Assembly: GCA_001179505.1 (NCBI GenBank)
Contig: CDMY01000300.1
Span: 65,701 to 129,700, forward strand
Direction of reading: 5' to 3'
Length of the DNA stretch: 64,000 bases
Source of the DNA: Vitrella brassicaformis CCMP3155
Lineage: Eukaryota; Protista; Chromerida
In this document: positions 41,601 to 52,946 of the stretch, one piece after another
Numbering within the stretch: the stretch's first letter is position 1
How the letters are laid out: each line of letters starts with the position of its first letter
Notes under the pieces: model-generated
The model's input: only the letters and a program-made list of their open reading frames with translations
What the model was told of the DNA's origin: nothing
Databases searched by the model: none
Program-made: the position numbers and the translations under genes

Positions 41601-44007
41601 AGCAGGCCGCGAGACGCATCACCACACATATGCTCCCGGCACTCGGGTCGTCATTGGCTCTGGAGGTGACGTCAAGCGCGTGTTGCTGCCATACGAGTCC
41701 AACGTGTTGAAGGTCTCGCTCACGGGGCCGACCAATAGAGACCACCTCACGGCGCTGCGCCAGCAGGTGGAGACGTATCTCACCCAACAAGCGCAGGTGA
41801 CTCAGTTCCGCGTCCAAGTGCGTCAGTCGTGCATACTCGTGTTATTCGACACTTGCGCCGCCCTCGACATGTATGCGAGCCATCTGCTTGCCTTCCTGCA
41901 ACAAAACAGCCTGGGCGGCCGTGTAGAGATTGTGGTGCCTCAGGGGTCGAGCTCAGTCCAGGAAAGTGACGTCGTTATCACGGCGACGGGCCAGGGGGTT
42001 GGAGGGGTGGGTGCGGGGGAGCCTGTCGTGGCCAGTATGCGCCAACTGTCAGACTTTGTTCGGTGCCAGGATACGCACTTAGTTCAGGTACGTGCACACA
42101 CGACGAACAAAAACACCGACGCGCAGCCACTGCTTTGTCCTGCGTTTGTGCACCAACAGGTCAAGTTTTACACCACGGGCGATCCGACCCCTGAAGATCA
42201 TCGGGCATTTCATGACGCCTTCAAGCGACGCACAGACCTCGGTGACGTCATGCACGGGAGCTATCATTTCAGATCGGATGCCGGCTTCCGCAAACCAAAT
42301 GGACACGTGAGAAAGACACCGAGGCTGATGCATCGTGACGACCAATGGCCATGGATGTGTGTGATCGCAGGGGTACTTGTACTGCAGCAACCAGGCTGCT
42401 GCCCAGGATTTGACGCGTCTCAATCAGCAGAAGGGCGTCATCGGCACGGGACCCGTATTCCTCAAGTACCTCCCGTCCACCACTATGCTGATTCTGCGGT
42501 CCCTCGTGGAGAAGTCAGCGGTGCTCGAGGCCATCAAGCAGCTTGACAGACACCCCAGCATGCCCAGCATGATGCTCAGAGTGCAACGGCACCCGAAAAT
42601 GTGCGTGACGTCAGCCACATACACCGGACACACAGATGAAGACGAACGGCTGTTGTGTGTCCCTTCAGGCTGGGTGTGACGAAGATTCTGATGAGAGGTT
42701 CAGAGGCGGATCGTCAGCTCGCCCGCGACAACATCTTGAGCATCTTTGTCGGAGCCGCCCTCGAGATGACAGCTGCGCGAGGCGGGTTTGAGGCCCTGCA
42801 GTGCATGACCGACAAGGGCTGGGTCGAGAAACACCTGACACCTATCGAGAAGCGATGGGGCGTTAACATCTCTCTGGACTTCCGCAACAGCGTCATCCGT
42901 ATCATCGGCAAGGAACCCGAGAAAACTCATGCATACAGACAGGTAGGTAAACAGGAGTGAGTACAACACGTGGGCTTACACAGAAATGATGTATGTGTAC
43001 CCCCTTCCCGCTTAGCTGGAGGCTCTTGTCGATGGTCTTGCCCTGGAGAAGCTGTCGATTGGCAACCGACGAGTGCGAGGTGCCCTACTCCGCCCACGCA
43101 CTGTGCAGTCGCGTCCCTCTTCCCGGCAGACGGGGCGACAATCTGCTGCCGAGCCCAACATCCCGCATTTGGAGGACTTGCAGCAGCAGCACGGCGTCCA
43201 GATCGTCTTCCTGCCTGCTCGCTGGGCGGAGGGGGGGGAGGCGCGCTTTCGCATCTTTGGCGAGGAGGCCAAGGTGCGAGCCGTCAAGGATCTGCTGGTG
43301 AGGATGGACCAAGAAGCTGCCGATGACCGAGCGGCGGTGAGCACATCGTAACGATAGAGGGAGGGAAGGATGAGTGCCGTGTATCAGTCAGGAGTTGTGG
43401 TTTGCCTTGCTTGTCAGGCGCCGAGCCTTCTTTCGCGTCGTCAGGGGACACGCGTGCCTTTGCCTGAGTGCCCGATTTGTCTGTGTGAGGTCGAAGAGAA
43501 GGAAGCGGGACTGCGCCTCTTCTGTGGACACACATATCACCAGGAATGCCTTGCCAATCAGGTGAACGAGCGTTCTCCGTGCCGTCCGTTCGCCATGTTG
43601 CCTGGAGGCACTGCCTGTCTGTCTGTCTGAGTTGGTCAGATTCAGCAGGCCAAAGAGGGCCAGCTGCCGGTCGTGTGCCACCATGACGGCTGCGGCAAGC
43701 CCATCAGTCTGCCAGAGATCCGCCGAGCGCTCAAAGGCGACAGAGAGCAGATCGAGAGCTTCTTCAAGGCCGCGTCGCAGCACTACATCAACACCAACAG
43801 CAACACGCGCTTCGGCGTGTGCCTGACGACTGATTGTCCGCAGATCTACAGCCTCGAGGACAAAGACACCAAACCCATATTCCGGTGCAATGTCTGCAAG
43901 AGCATCCTCTGCAAGAAATGCGGGACACCCCATGACGAGACGTATGCAAACCAGCCACACACACATACGCACACACAAATGTCGATCCACTGGCGATGCA
44001 TCCCCCC

Positions 44008-44042
<35 letters not shown>

Positions 44043-44383
44043 TAGGTTGACGTGCCAGGAGTTCAAGGTCGATCCCACAGGTGTGTCGAAGTACCTTGCG
44101 ACCGTCCAGAGTGGCGGCAGGCTGTGCCCCAAGTGTGGGACGGGCATCGAGCGGTCTGAGGGATGCAAATACGTCAGGTGTGTGGTGGATAGACGAGGAG
44201 GGAGGCAAGGAGGGAGGCAAGTGGGCGGCAAGGGGCAGCCAGGGCAGATCTCTGTGTGTGTGTGTGTGTGTGTGCAGATGCCGCTGTGGCACGGAGCTGT
44301 GCATTTTGTGCGGCCATGTGTGCCGAACGAGTCATGAGGAGCATTCGTGCAGAGAGAGTGGATTCGCCTTCCTAAACAGATAG
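38696..44383 (+). CDS. DEAH-box RNA helicase fused to a C-terminal RBR (RING1-IBR-RING2) E3 ligase module, 5' partial
   Basis: Motif I GSGKST, II IIDE|AH, III SAT, V TNIAETSLT, VI QRAGRSGR; HA2 region (PFLDPP..LTPVGQQVA); RING1 CPICLC..CGHTYHQEC; IBR CLTTDCPQ..FRCNVCKSILCKKC..H; RING2 CPKCGTGIERSEGCKYVRC|RCGTELCILC; stop at 44381-44383. Confidence 0.92.
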
Positions 44384-44871
44384 GGTAAACAGATGGACAG
44401 ACGCATCAGAAGATTTTCCTGCTGAGTAGACAGATTTTTGTGCTGGTTTTTTTTTTCCGTCTACATACGTACGTACATATGTACATGTATGTATGTGTGC
44501 ATGTGTTGTAATCCACACACTAGTTCTGTGTCGCGTGTTATATGCCTTCACGAGTTTGTGTCGTCTTGGATGGCTTCGAACGGATTGATTGCAATAAGGC
44601 GATGCTAGCTAGCAGTCTCTCATAAGTTGGTCGGGCCAACAGGACCGTCCAGACCGTCATTTATGCTATGCAAGCCAGTCGTATTCGGATGAACGTGAGC
44701 AAGCATTCTCAGATGCACTTTGTTTCCTCTGTGAGGTTCAGTCACCATACACAAAGAACTGCACTGTACTGTACAGGAAGGAAGGAGGCCCAGGGACAAA
44801 ATCGCTGCTCCATGCCATGCCATGCAACCAACAGTAAAACATCCACTTGCATCAAAAACTACTTGACGCAT

Positions 44872-46748
44872 TCACTTCGTCTTCACCCACGCCTTCAGCA
44901 CGCCTTCGATCTTATCTGCAACACACACACACACACCGCACACGAACTTGCGCTCCGGTCAGCGAGGCTCCCTACACCGTGTTTGCGTACCGAGCGCCAG
45001 CTGGATGTCTTCGCTGCTGATGTGATAATACGTGACTGCGCGGATCACATCACCGTGGATGGGCATCACTTTGACGGACACCCCCGTGCCGTTGTCCACC
45101 CCATTCGTCGCCTCAGGCCCTTTGCCGTACTCAATCGGTTGAGCGACGCGGCCGTCAGTCAGCTCATGTGCGTCGCTGGTGCTCAGCAGAAGCTCACACA
45201 GCTTTGCAGCAGATATCTGGGTTGTCCTGAGACAACGGACAGAAAACACGCTGACCTTGCTGTTCATGTGTTGTGTCTCTGATGCATCCGTCCATCTTGC
45301 CTGAACATGACAATATTCGTCTCCACCGCCCCCTCGACCGACACGCCGTAAGAGGACATCCTGGACAAACCGTCCGCCAGCATTTTTGCATTGGCGTGGT
45401 CCTCGTGCAGCCGTGCGGGCATCTTCGTGAGTGAAATGAGACCAGGGGCAGCCAGCACCTACAGAAGGAAGACTCGCACAGTCAACGAAGCACGACAGAG
45501 CAGTAGTGTCAGCGTTGCTATCTATCCCTGCTCACCCCAGCCTGTCGCATGCCGCCCCCGAGCGCCTTCCGCAGCCTTTTACATCGCTGGATGAAGTCCT
45601 TGCTGCCAACAACCACCGCTCCCGTCGGGCTGCCCAGCCCCTTGCTCATACATGCGCTCACACTATCAGCATGCTTGCAGAGATCGGCGACCGACACCCC
45701 AAGCTGCACACACAAGCGGCACATTCGCCGCAAACGGCTGGGATTAGACCCTGTGTGCCTACCGCCACTGCGGCATTCATGATCCGTGCGCCATCGACGT
45801 GGACCTTCAATCTGACCACAGCCACAGACACACAACACACACTCAGCGTGTGGTCATCTGCCTCGCTCACTGTGTCTGTCTTCGGAAGCCTACCTACCCA
45901 TGTTTCTTGGCGATTTGATGCACTTGTTGCATGTAGGCCACTGTAAGGACGCGGCCGCCACACTTGTTGTGGGTGTTTTCCAGACAGATCTATCAGACAG
46001 ACACAGACAATCCGCCGTATATACAGCCAGCCACCGGCGTGTCTGCCAAAGGTAGATTGGGAGGTATGTGAGTAAAGCCCACCAGTCGTGTTATCGGGTA
46101 GTGCAGATTGTCCGTCCTGATGCCCGCCTGCAGACAGACCACACCAAGGAGCCATCCACAGCCGTCCCTACAGGCAGGTGCTGCTGCAGATGTCATGTGT
46201 GTGTGTCCACACCTCTAGCGCGTCGAGGCAGAGTGTGCCGTCAGGGAGGTTGGGCACTGTCCGCGGGTGCACACCCAGAAGTGACGAGATGTTGCCTTGC
46301 TCGTATACTGCTATCAATCAATGATCGACCCGCACACACACAGACAGACGGACAGGCATTGGTGTCGCCTGATTGTGTGTTAATTTCACGTGCGTGCCGA
46401 CCGTGTATGTGGCACAAGTTGCCCAGCAGCACCTCCTCGCCTCTCCCAGTGCAGTGCGCGCCCACACAAACCAAATTCCCCTGCACACGTACGGCAACAG
46501 ATACAGACAGCGAAAAGAGCCAGAGTCGGGATACTGACAGCGATACCCCAGCCTAGCCTTACCATGCAGCCAGACGGCACGAACAACGAGTCCTCCTTCC
46601 CGAACAGTGCAGCCGCTGTTGCTTGCAAATGATGAACCGTCGGATCCTCGTCCCAGACATCGTCACCGACGACTGCCGAGTACATGGCCTCTCGCATCTC
46701 CTGCGTCGGCTGTGTGAAGGTGTCGGACCGCAGATCTATCACCTTCAT
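44872..46748 (-). CDS. Low-specificity L-threonine aldolase (PLP-dependent, Beta_elim_lyase family)
   Basis: [39 protein letters not shown]|[18 protein letters not shown]-lysine motif [27 protein letters not shown]; ends WVKTK*. Confidence 0.93.
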
Positions 46749-47085
46749 CGTCAGCCACTCCTTTCCACAACAGATGGGTGGCTTTCACGGTTTGTCCGAA
46801 ACATGCACAGTCAAAACAAAATGGCATGGATCACACGGCAAAAGGCCTGTCCGACTGCTCATCCCCAGGGCTCGTCCACCCCGCAAGTATTCGCAGCAAG
46901 TGCGCATGTGCCCCTGTGTCCCACTCAAGTCTGTTGAGAGGCAGCAGGCACCAAGCAAGGCAATAAAAAAGATGCTGCGATGTGCGACACAGTCGAGTAG
47001 CGTAGCACAAGAAAAGACAAGGCGAGAGACAAAGCAAGAGGAAGCAAGAAACCGCACTGTGTGATGATATGGCAACAGCAACGGG

Positions 47086-49253
47086 TCACCAGGAGTACCC
47101 CAGCTCCTCTTTCCGCTTCAGGTACATCGCAAACCTGACCGATGGATGGACCCAACATACACACAATCAGCGGTGTAGATATTCCAGCGTCAGGCAATGT
47201 CCAGTTGATTTCATCAGTCTTCTTAAGATACCTGGCTTGAGCATACGCGAGGAAATCAAAGGACATGTCGGACGGCTGTGGGTCGTCCATGAGACACTCG
47301 CCCGCCCTCCCGTCTTCAAGAGCAACAGGACTGCACGATGTATCCCCAAACAGACAGAAGGCCCTCCCCACCCCCCACAGGCCCCACAACAGATTCGACG
47401 CTAAGCAAAATCCCTCCACCTGACACAACAGACACACATATACACAGATACTGGCACATGCAGTGCGAGTGCCATTCACCTGTTGAAGGAAGGGGTCGAT
47501 CATGCTGATGTCCTCGGGCAGGATTGGGCTGCCGAGCAGCTCAGACAGGTAGACGCTGGCGAAGAGGCGGCGCCGCTTGATGCATGGGTATGCCTCAGTG
47601 GTGACACTAAAGCAGGGCGGCTGTGTGACGCAGTAGTCAATTGTCGCCTCGGTGAATATGTTGGCAATGTCGAAGGCAGCATAGTTGTAATCCGAATACT
47701 CGAAATCAATCAAGCGGATGCCCTCGCTCGTCTGCACCAAGGAAGCGGCATATATGGGAAAGCTAAGGCGCCTGTGTGTGTCTGCCCATGCTGTGTATCG
47801 ACTCACCTTCATGATGTTGTTCTCTTGGCAGTCGTTGTGGCAGAAGACAATCGCGCGGGCGGCCAGCATGGCCCTCTCGGTGAGTGAGCTGGCCTCTGGC
47901 GGCTCGTCTGCCTGCTGGATGACGTCTGAGTTGAGAAATGACTCCACCTCTGACGCTATCTGAGGCAGATTCAGGGCCTGACGAAGCACAACGACAAGGA
48001 GCACTTCCACGTTTGGGACGGCGGCACCAGCTTCGAATGTCGCTTACCGCCAGTTGTTGCTGCTGGGCTTCAGAGGGGAAGCTGGCCTCCAGACTCAGCT
48101 GCAGACACAAAATGGGAAGGAACACACAAACATGCACTGCACTCGCCATTGCCTTCTCATTCGTGTGCTATGTATGTCGCCCCACCTTCATCCACTGTCT
48201 GAGCTTGACCGGCAGACACGGCCGCCTCACAATGCCGCACACATCACTGGCACCAAGAGCCAGACGATGCAGGCGGGCAATCTGATACACAAGGCACAAG
48301 AAGCAGCGCCTTATGGGTCGTCAGCGTGATGTCATGTCTGCAGTGTTACTTACTTGTGTGGCGACGCCCGCCAGCTCAGGTGGACACTGGAGTTCCTGTA
48401 CGAGTAGAGGTCTGCCCCACACCCACTCCTCTATCCGACCACCCTGCAGGACACACCAACCACACCGACACAATACAGCCAACAAGCCCTCCAGCCATCC
48501 CATCCCATCATTCTCTGTCTTGTCTGTCCCCTCCCCACCTGGAAGTTGGCGATCATTTTGGGCGCCATGTTCCTCTGCCCGAGTGCCCGGAACACGTCCA
48601 GCTCGAAGCGCGAGTCATAGAACTTGGAGTTGTCCCCATAGACGCGGAACAGCACTTGCTGATGCACCAGTGGGCTGGATGCATCTCTCGGCACACTAGG
48701 GCTGGTGGTGGTGCCGGTGACGGCCGAAAAAGACTCGGACGACTTGCACCGTCTGCAGGATGGCTTTGGTGTCCCGACGGCCACGCGGAAGAGCTGGTTG
48801 GTCAGGCCGGCCTCTATCTGCTCTATCTCTATGTGGTGAGGCGCGATGGCCTCCTGACAAACAAGACAGACAACAAAACACGAACAAATTGAACACGAAA
48901 CGGTAGAGACCAGCCCGTCAGCGTCTGCATCTTTGTGTGTCGATTGTGCTCACCCATCCCGGGACGTTGAGGATGCATATGACGCGTATGGTGGAGGGCT
49001 TCGATAGCATCCTGATCCGCCTCCTCGTGCGGGGCGATATGTCATCGTCTGGCAGGCTGTGGTGTGGAGAATGATGCTGCTGGTCTTCTCCGATGAGGCT
49101 GATGACGAGCTCCTCTTCGACAGACAGCCCTTGGCCCGCCTCCTCCGCCTCAGTGGTGACAGACGAAGCGTCAAAGGGGAGCGGCTGAAGGAAGAGCTTC
49201 CTGCGGCTGGTGTCAGCTGCTTCAGCCTCATGGGACGACAGAAACGTGTCCAT
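47086..49253 (-). CDS. Choline/ethanolamine kinase
   Basis: AGLTNQLF, VLFRVYG, GGRIEEW, Brenner motif FCHNDCQENNI, CK motif LIDFEYSDYNYAAFDIANIFTE, LASNLLWGLW, FDFLAYAQAR|FAMY; stop at 47086-47088. Confidence 0.93.
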
Positions 49254-49298
49254 GGTGGAGGGAGAGGAAGAGGCCCCTTTTCCCCTTCTTCCAGGGAA

Positions 49299-49309
49299 CT
49301 AAGCTCGCA
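49299..49309 (+). promoter_or_regulatory. Candidate promoter motif CTAAGCTCGCA (choline kinase / Nudix-RWD-ART divergent intergenic)
   Basis: Exact motif within the 198-bp head-to-head spacer. Confidence 0.45.
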
Positions 49310-49451
49310 GTGAGAGGCTAGGGCGCTACTTAAAACGCGCGATCGGCCTGCGGATCTCTCCCTTTCCCTCCCCTCCTCTGCCGTGGCTACATTCGTCTCG
49401 CAGCGGGTGATTTTGTTGTTGATCTTGCGTCAAATTGAAAGCAGTCTCACA

Positions 49452-52376
49452 ATGGCAGTGAGTCTCTCGAGCGGTGAGCTCATTGACATTGTGGATCATG
49501 ACAATAGCGTCATCAGCACCGCCACGAGAAGGGAGATGAGATGTGACAATCTTCTGCACAGGTCATTTCATGAGAGACCGAACAGACTCTGCCTGCCGTC
49601 TTCCCGTCGTGTGCCGTCCTCCCTTGCTGCTGCAGGTCGACTGCGTGTGTTGTGTTGGATACGACGCTGAAGAGCCTCTTCATCCACAAGCGGACGAGCG
49701 TAAAAGACTATTTTCCCTCTCACTTTGACGTGAGCTTTGGCGGTGTGGTTGCTGCCGGGGAGTCGTATGAAGACAATGTCGTCCGAGAGATCAAGTAGGG
49801 ATGAGGCTTTCACGGATCAAGGTGGAACACAGTGAGTAGGTGACACTCGCAGGGACTGTGTTTCTCTGTCTATCTGCCTGTCTGTGTCCTTTGTGTCTGT
49901 CGTGTCTGAGTAGGGAGGAGGCCGGCATTGAAGGCGCCAAGCTGCACCAGCTGACGACAGTCTATCACGAGGACGACAGGGCGAGGGTGTTCACTTGTAT
50001 CTTCCTCACCGTCTTTGCCGGCGACGTGACCGACCTCATTGCCCAGCCTGAGGAGGTCGAGTACATCGAGAAGGTGGCTGTCGAGGAGGTGCAGAGGCGG
50101 ATCGACAGCGGCGTCCCCTTTACTGGCGATGCGAAACGAGTGTTCGCAACCGTTCGCCAGTTCCTACAGAGCGCTGAAGCAATCGAGGTGCTCGAGGGAC
50201 TGGCTGAAGCAGACGTCGGTAATCCTGTTGTCGATGAGCTAGACGACTGGGAGGACGGGCTGACAGCCGCCATAGAGCAGGTGGAGCGCATCGTCACACC
50301 CTGTAATGAAGAGCTGGAGAGCACCAGGGCGGAGGAGATCTTGGCTCTCAAGGACATCTATGGTGACGATTTTGTGGCGCTGTCGAATGACTTGATCTTC
50401 ATCAAACTGCGGCCGCTGGCCCTCACACACGAGCACGGCGACGAGCACGGCGTGATAGCGTCGCTGATGATTCTGCTGACGTCCAAGTACCCCTTCCGCT
50501 GTCCAGTATTCGAAATCGACTCCGACAAGCTCACTCTCGCGCAGGCCGATTCGCTGTGGGGGCTGCTCGAGAGGGAGGCAGGGCGGCTGATTGGAGGCGT
50601 CATGCTGCACGAGCTGGTGTCTGTCGCCACTCACTTCATCAGCGAGGTGATTGAGGAGGAGAGGCGAAGGGCAGAGGAAGCTGACCGCAAACAAAAGCAA
50701 GAGGCGGACGAAGCGGTACGTATGTACGCAAAGGACAAACGGACGGACGGACGGAGAAAAGGAATGTGCGTTGTCCAGATCATCCACTATGATCACTCAC
50801 TGCTCATGTGTGTGCGGTGCGTCTTGGCGCTGCAGGCTGTCTTCGAGGGCAGCGGTCACGAGCACATCAACCTGTCTCCTGCCCACGCCACTCTTCCGTC
50901 AGCTCCATCGATCTTCAAGTACTCACCTCAGCGGTATGTGTGCCTGTCTACCGTGCTCAAGCAGCTCCCACCACACCAAAAGGTGGTTCATGTGGAGACC
51001 ATACTCAGAGATGACCACGCCAGACGGGTAGATAGGGTAGACAGAGAAATGAAATGAAGGCCGGGCCGCACAGCTGTGTGTGTGTTTGGTTCCTGTCCGC
51101 CTGCATTGTCCTCTGTGTGTATGAATAATGAATGAGTGCAGTTTGAACGTGAGCAACAACGGCTTGAGGAGAAGTTTAGTGGCCAGCCGGTGGGGCACTG
51201 GACGTACCACCCCACAAAGGTATATTGTGCCTTCCATGGTACGAGCTACGGGCGGGTCAGGAGCATCGTCAGGAGGGGCTTGCTGGTGCCAGGTCGGTAT
51301 GCTCACTCGTGTGTGCGACGATTAAGGACACCAACCTGCGGCCAAACGACACGTGCGTCCTGTGCTGTGGTCCGCTTGTGCAGGCAGCGCCAATGACGTG
51401 ACCCACAAGACCGACGAAGGCTTTTACGGGCGTGGTGCGCATCCACCTGTGGGGCGGGGGCATTTGTCTCACTCACTCACCTGTTGGCGGTGAATCCTAT
51501 CATGCTTTTGTACGTGTGTGGTCTGCCCAGGTATATATCTGTCGCCGAGCGCCTCGGTGTCGTTCGGCTACTGCGGTGCTGAGGGCCGTCTGTTAGTGTG
51601 TGCGGTGCTGCTTGGGCGTCCATACCGGTGTCACCACACGATTCTGGGAGGCACCAAGGTAGAGGGTTTTGACACCCACATGTCAGCCAATGAACAAGAA
51701 TGGATCTTCTTCACTCCCGATACAGTAAGGCAGGCAGGAAGGCAGTCAGTCGGTCAGTGAGTGGGTCTCTATGTATGCTGGTGTGAGTTCAGGTGCTGCC
51801 GGTGTATGTCATTCGTGTGTGTGACGGTATGGACCGAGCCGTCCCATCCTATGCGCCCAAGCCGCCCCCACTGGCTGCCCTCCTCAATGATGGCATCACA
51901 GGGGTAGACTCGCTGCCCACCAAGGGAAAAGGTACGTGCAATGCGTGACCACCAACTCACTCCTAGCACAATGACACCTGTCTAGTGGTTCCCGTTACAG
52001 ATCCTGGCGCACGCAAGACGGCCCAAGAGCGGCTCCTGGCTCGAGCCAGGAAGGTACGAATGTCAGCTGAGCTGCAGGGGGGTCTCTCCTTCATGTTTCT
52101 GTTTTGTGTGTGTGTGTGTGTTTGACATCCAGTTCCTGCCGTACGGTTACGGGCCAGGTGGAGAGAAAATGATTGTTGAGGCAGCGGGGGAGATCGATGA
52201 CGATGAGTACATATCGATGAACATGCAATTGAGAAAAGGCCCCACTCACCGTGTCGTGTGTTGTCTCTATCAGGGAAGATTATTGGCCCGACCGAGAAAT
52301 GAATGGCCCTCACCTTGGTGATGAGTTTCAGGCTGCACGTGAGCAGTCTGGTGGAGCGGGGAGCTCAGGGGAGTAA
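49452..52376 (+). CDS. Nudix hydrolase - RWD - PARP-like ADP-ribosyltransferase fusion protein (11 exons, 675 aa)
   Basis: Exons 49452-49561, 49636-49794, 49914-50715, 50836-51027, 51142-51292, 51384-51434, 51531-51724, 51793-51931, 52001-52053, 52133-52206 and 52274-52376 total 2028 nt in frame. Nudix box GVVAAGESYEDNVVREIK|EEAGI; RWD EEILALKDIY..YPFRCP; ART AFHGT..GFYGRG|IYLS..EQEWIFF..|VLPVYVI. Confidence 0.88.
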
Positions 52377-52946
52377 TTGCTATGCGTCAGCTGGGGTGTG
52401 GTGGTCGGTGGGGAGTCTGCTGTACTGCGAGATATATACAACTTGGTGTGCCCTGCCTGACCTGAGCACTTCTTGTTAATGCATTCAATGCATGATGAAT
52501 GTGTCGGTGTGCCTCGGGATGCACATGTCCACCGAACGTGCACCGACACGACACACACAGCATGCATGATGGATGCAACCAACACACCTCTCTCCTAGCT
52601 TAGCTTAGCTTAGTGTACCATTATTTACACCACACCCTCCAGCCAGACAGGCAGACCCGCACCCACCCGCCCTCACTCACCCACCCCACAGATATAAAGC
52701 CAGCCCCCTCAATTGATGCACAAACAAACAGACGTCATGTCATTCAAACGCATCACCAATTGCAGAGAGTACGCACGCATGAACGAACGAACGAGTCATG
52801 GCCAGTCGGTATGGAGCAGCCACCCGTCCATTCATCCATACATGCGCAGCGCCACTTACGACACGTGCATCTACAAAAAAGGCATGTAAAACGACGGAGA
52901 CCTGTCTATGCCCTCCCTCCCTCCCTCCCTCCCCGCCCGGCGATAC

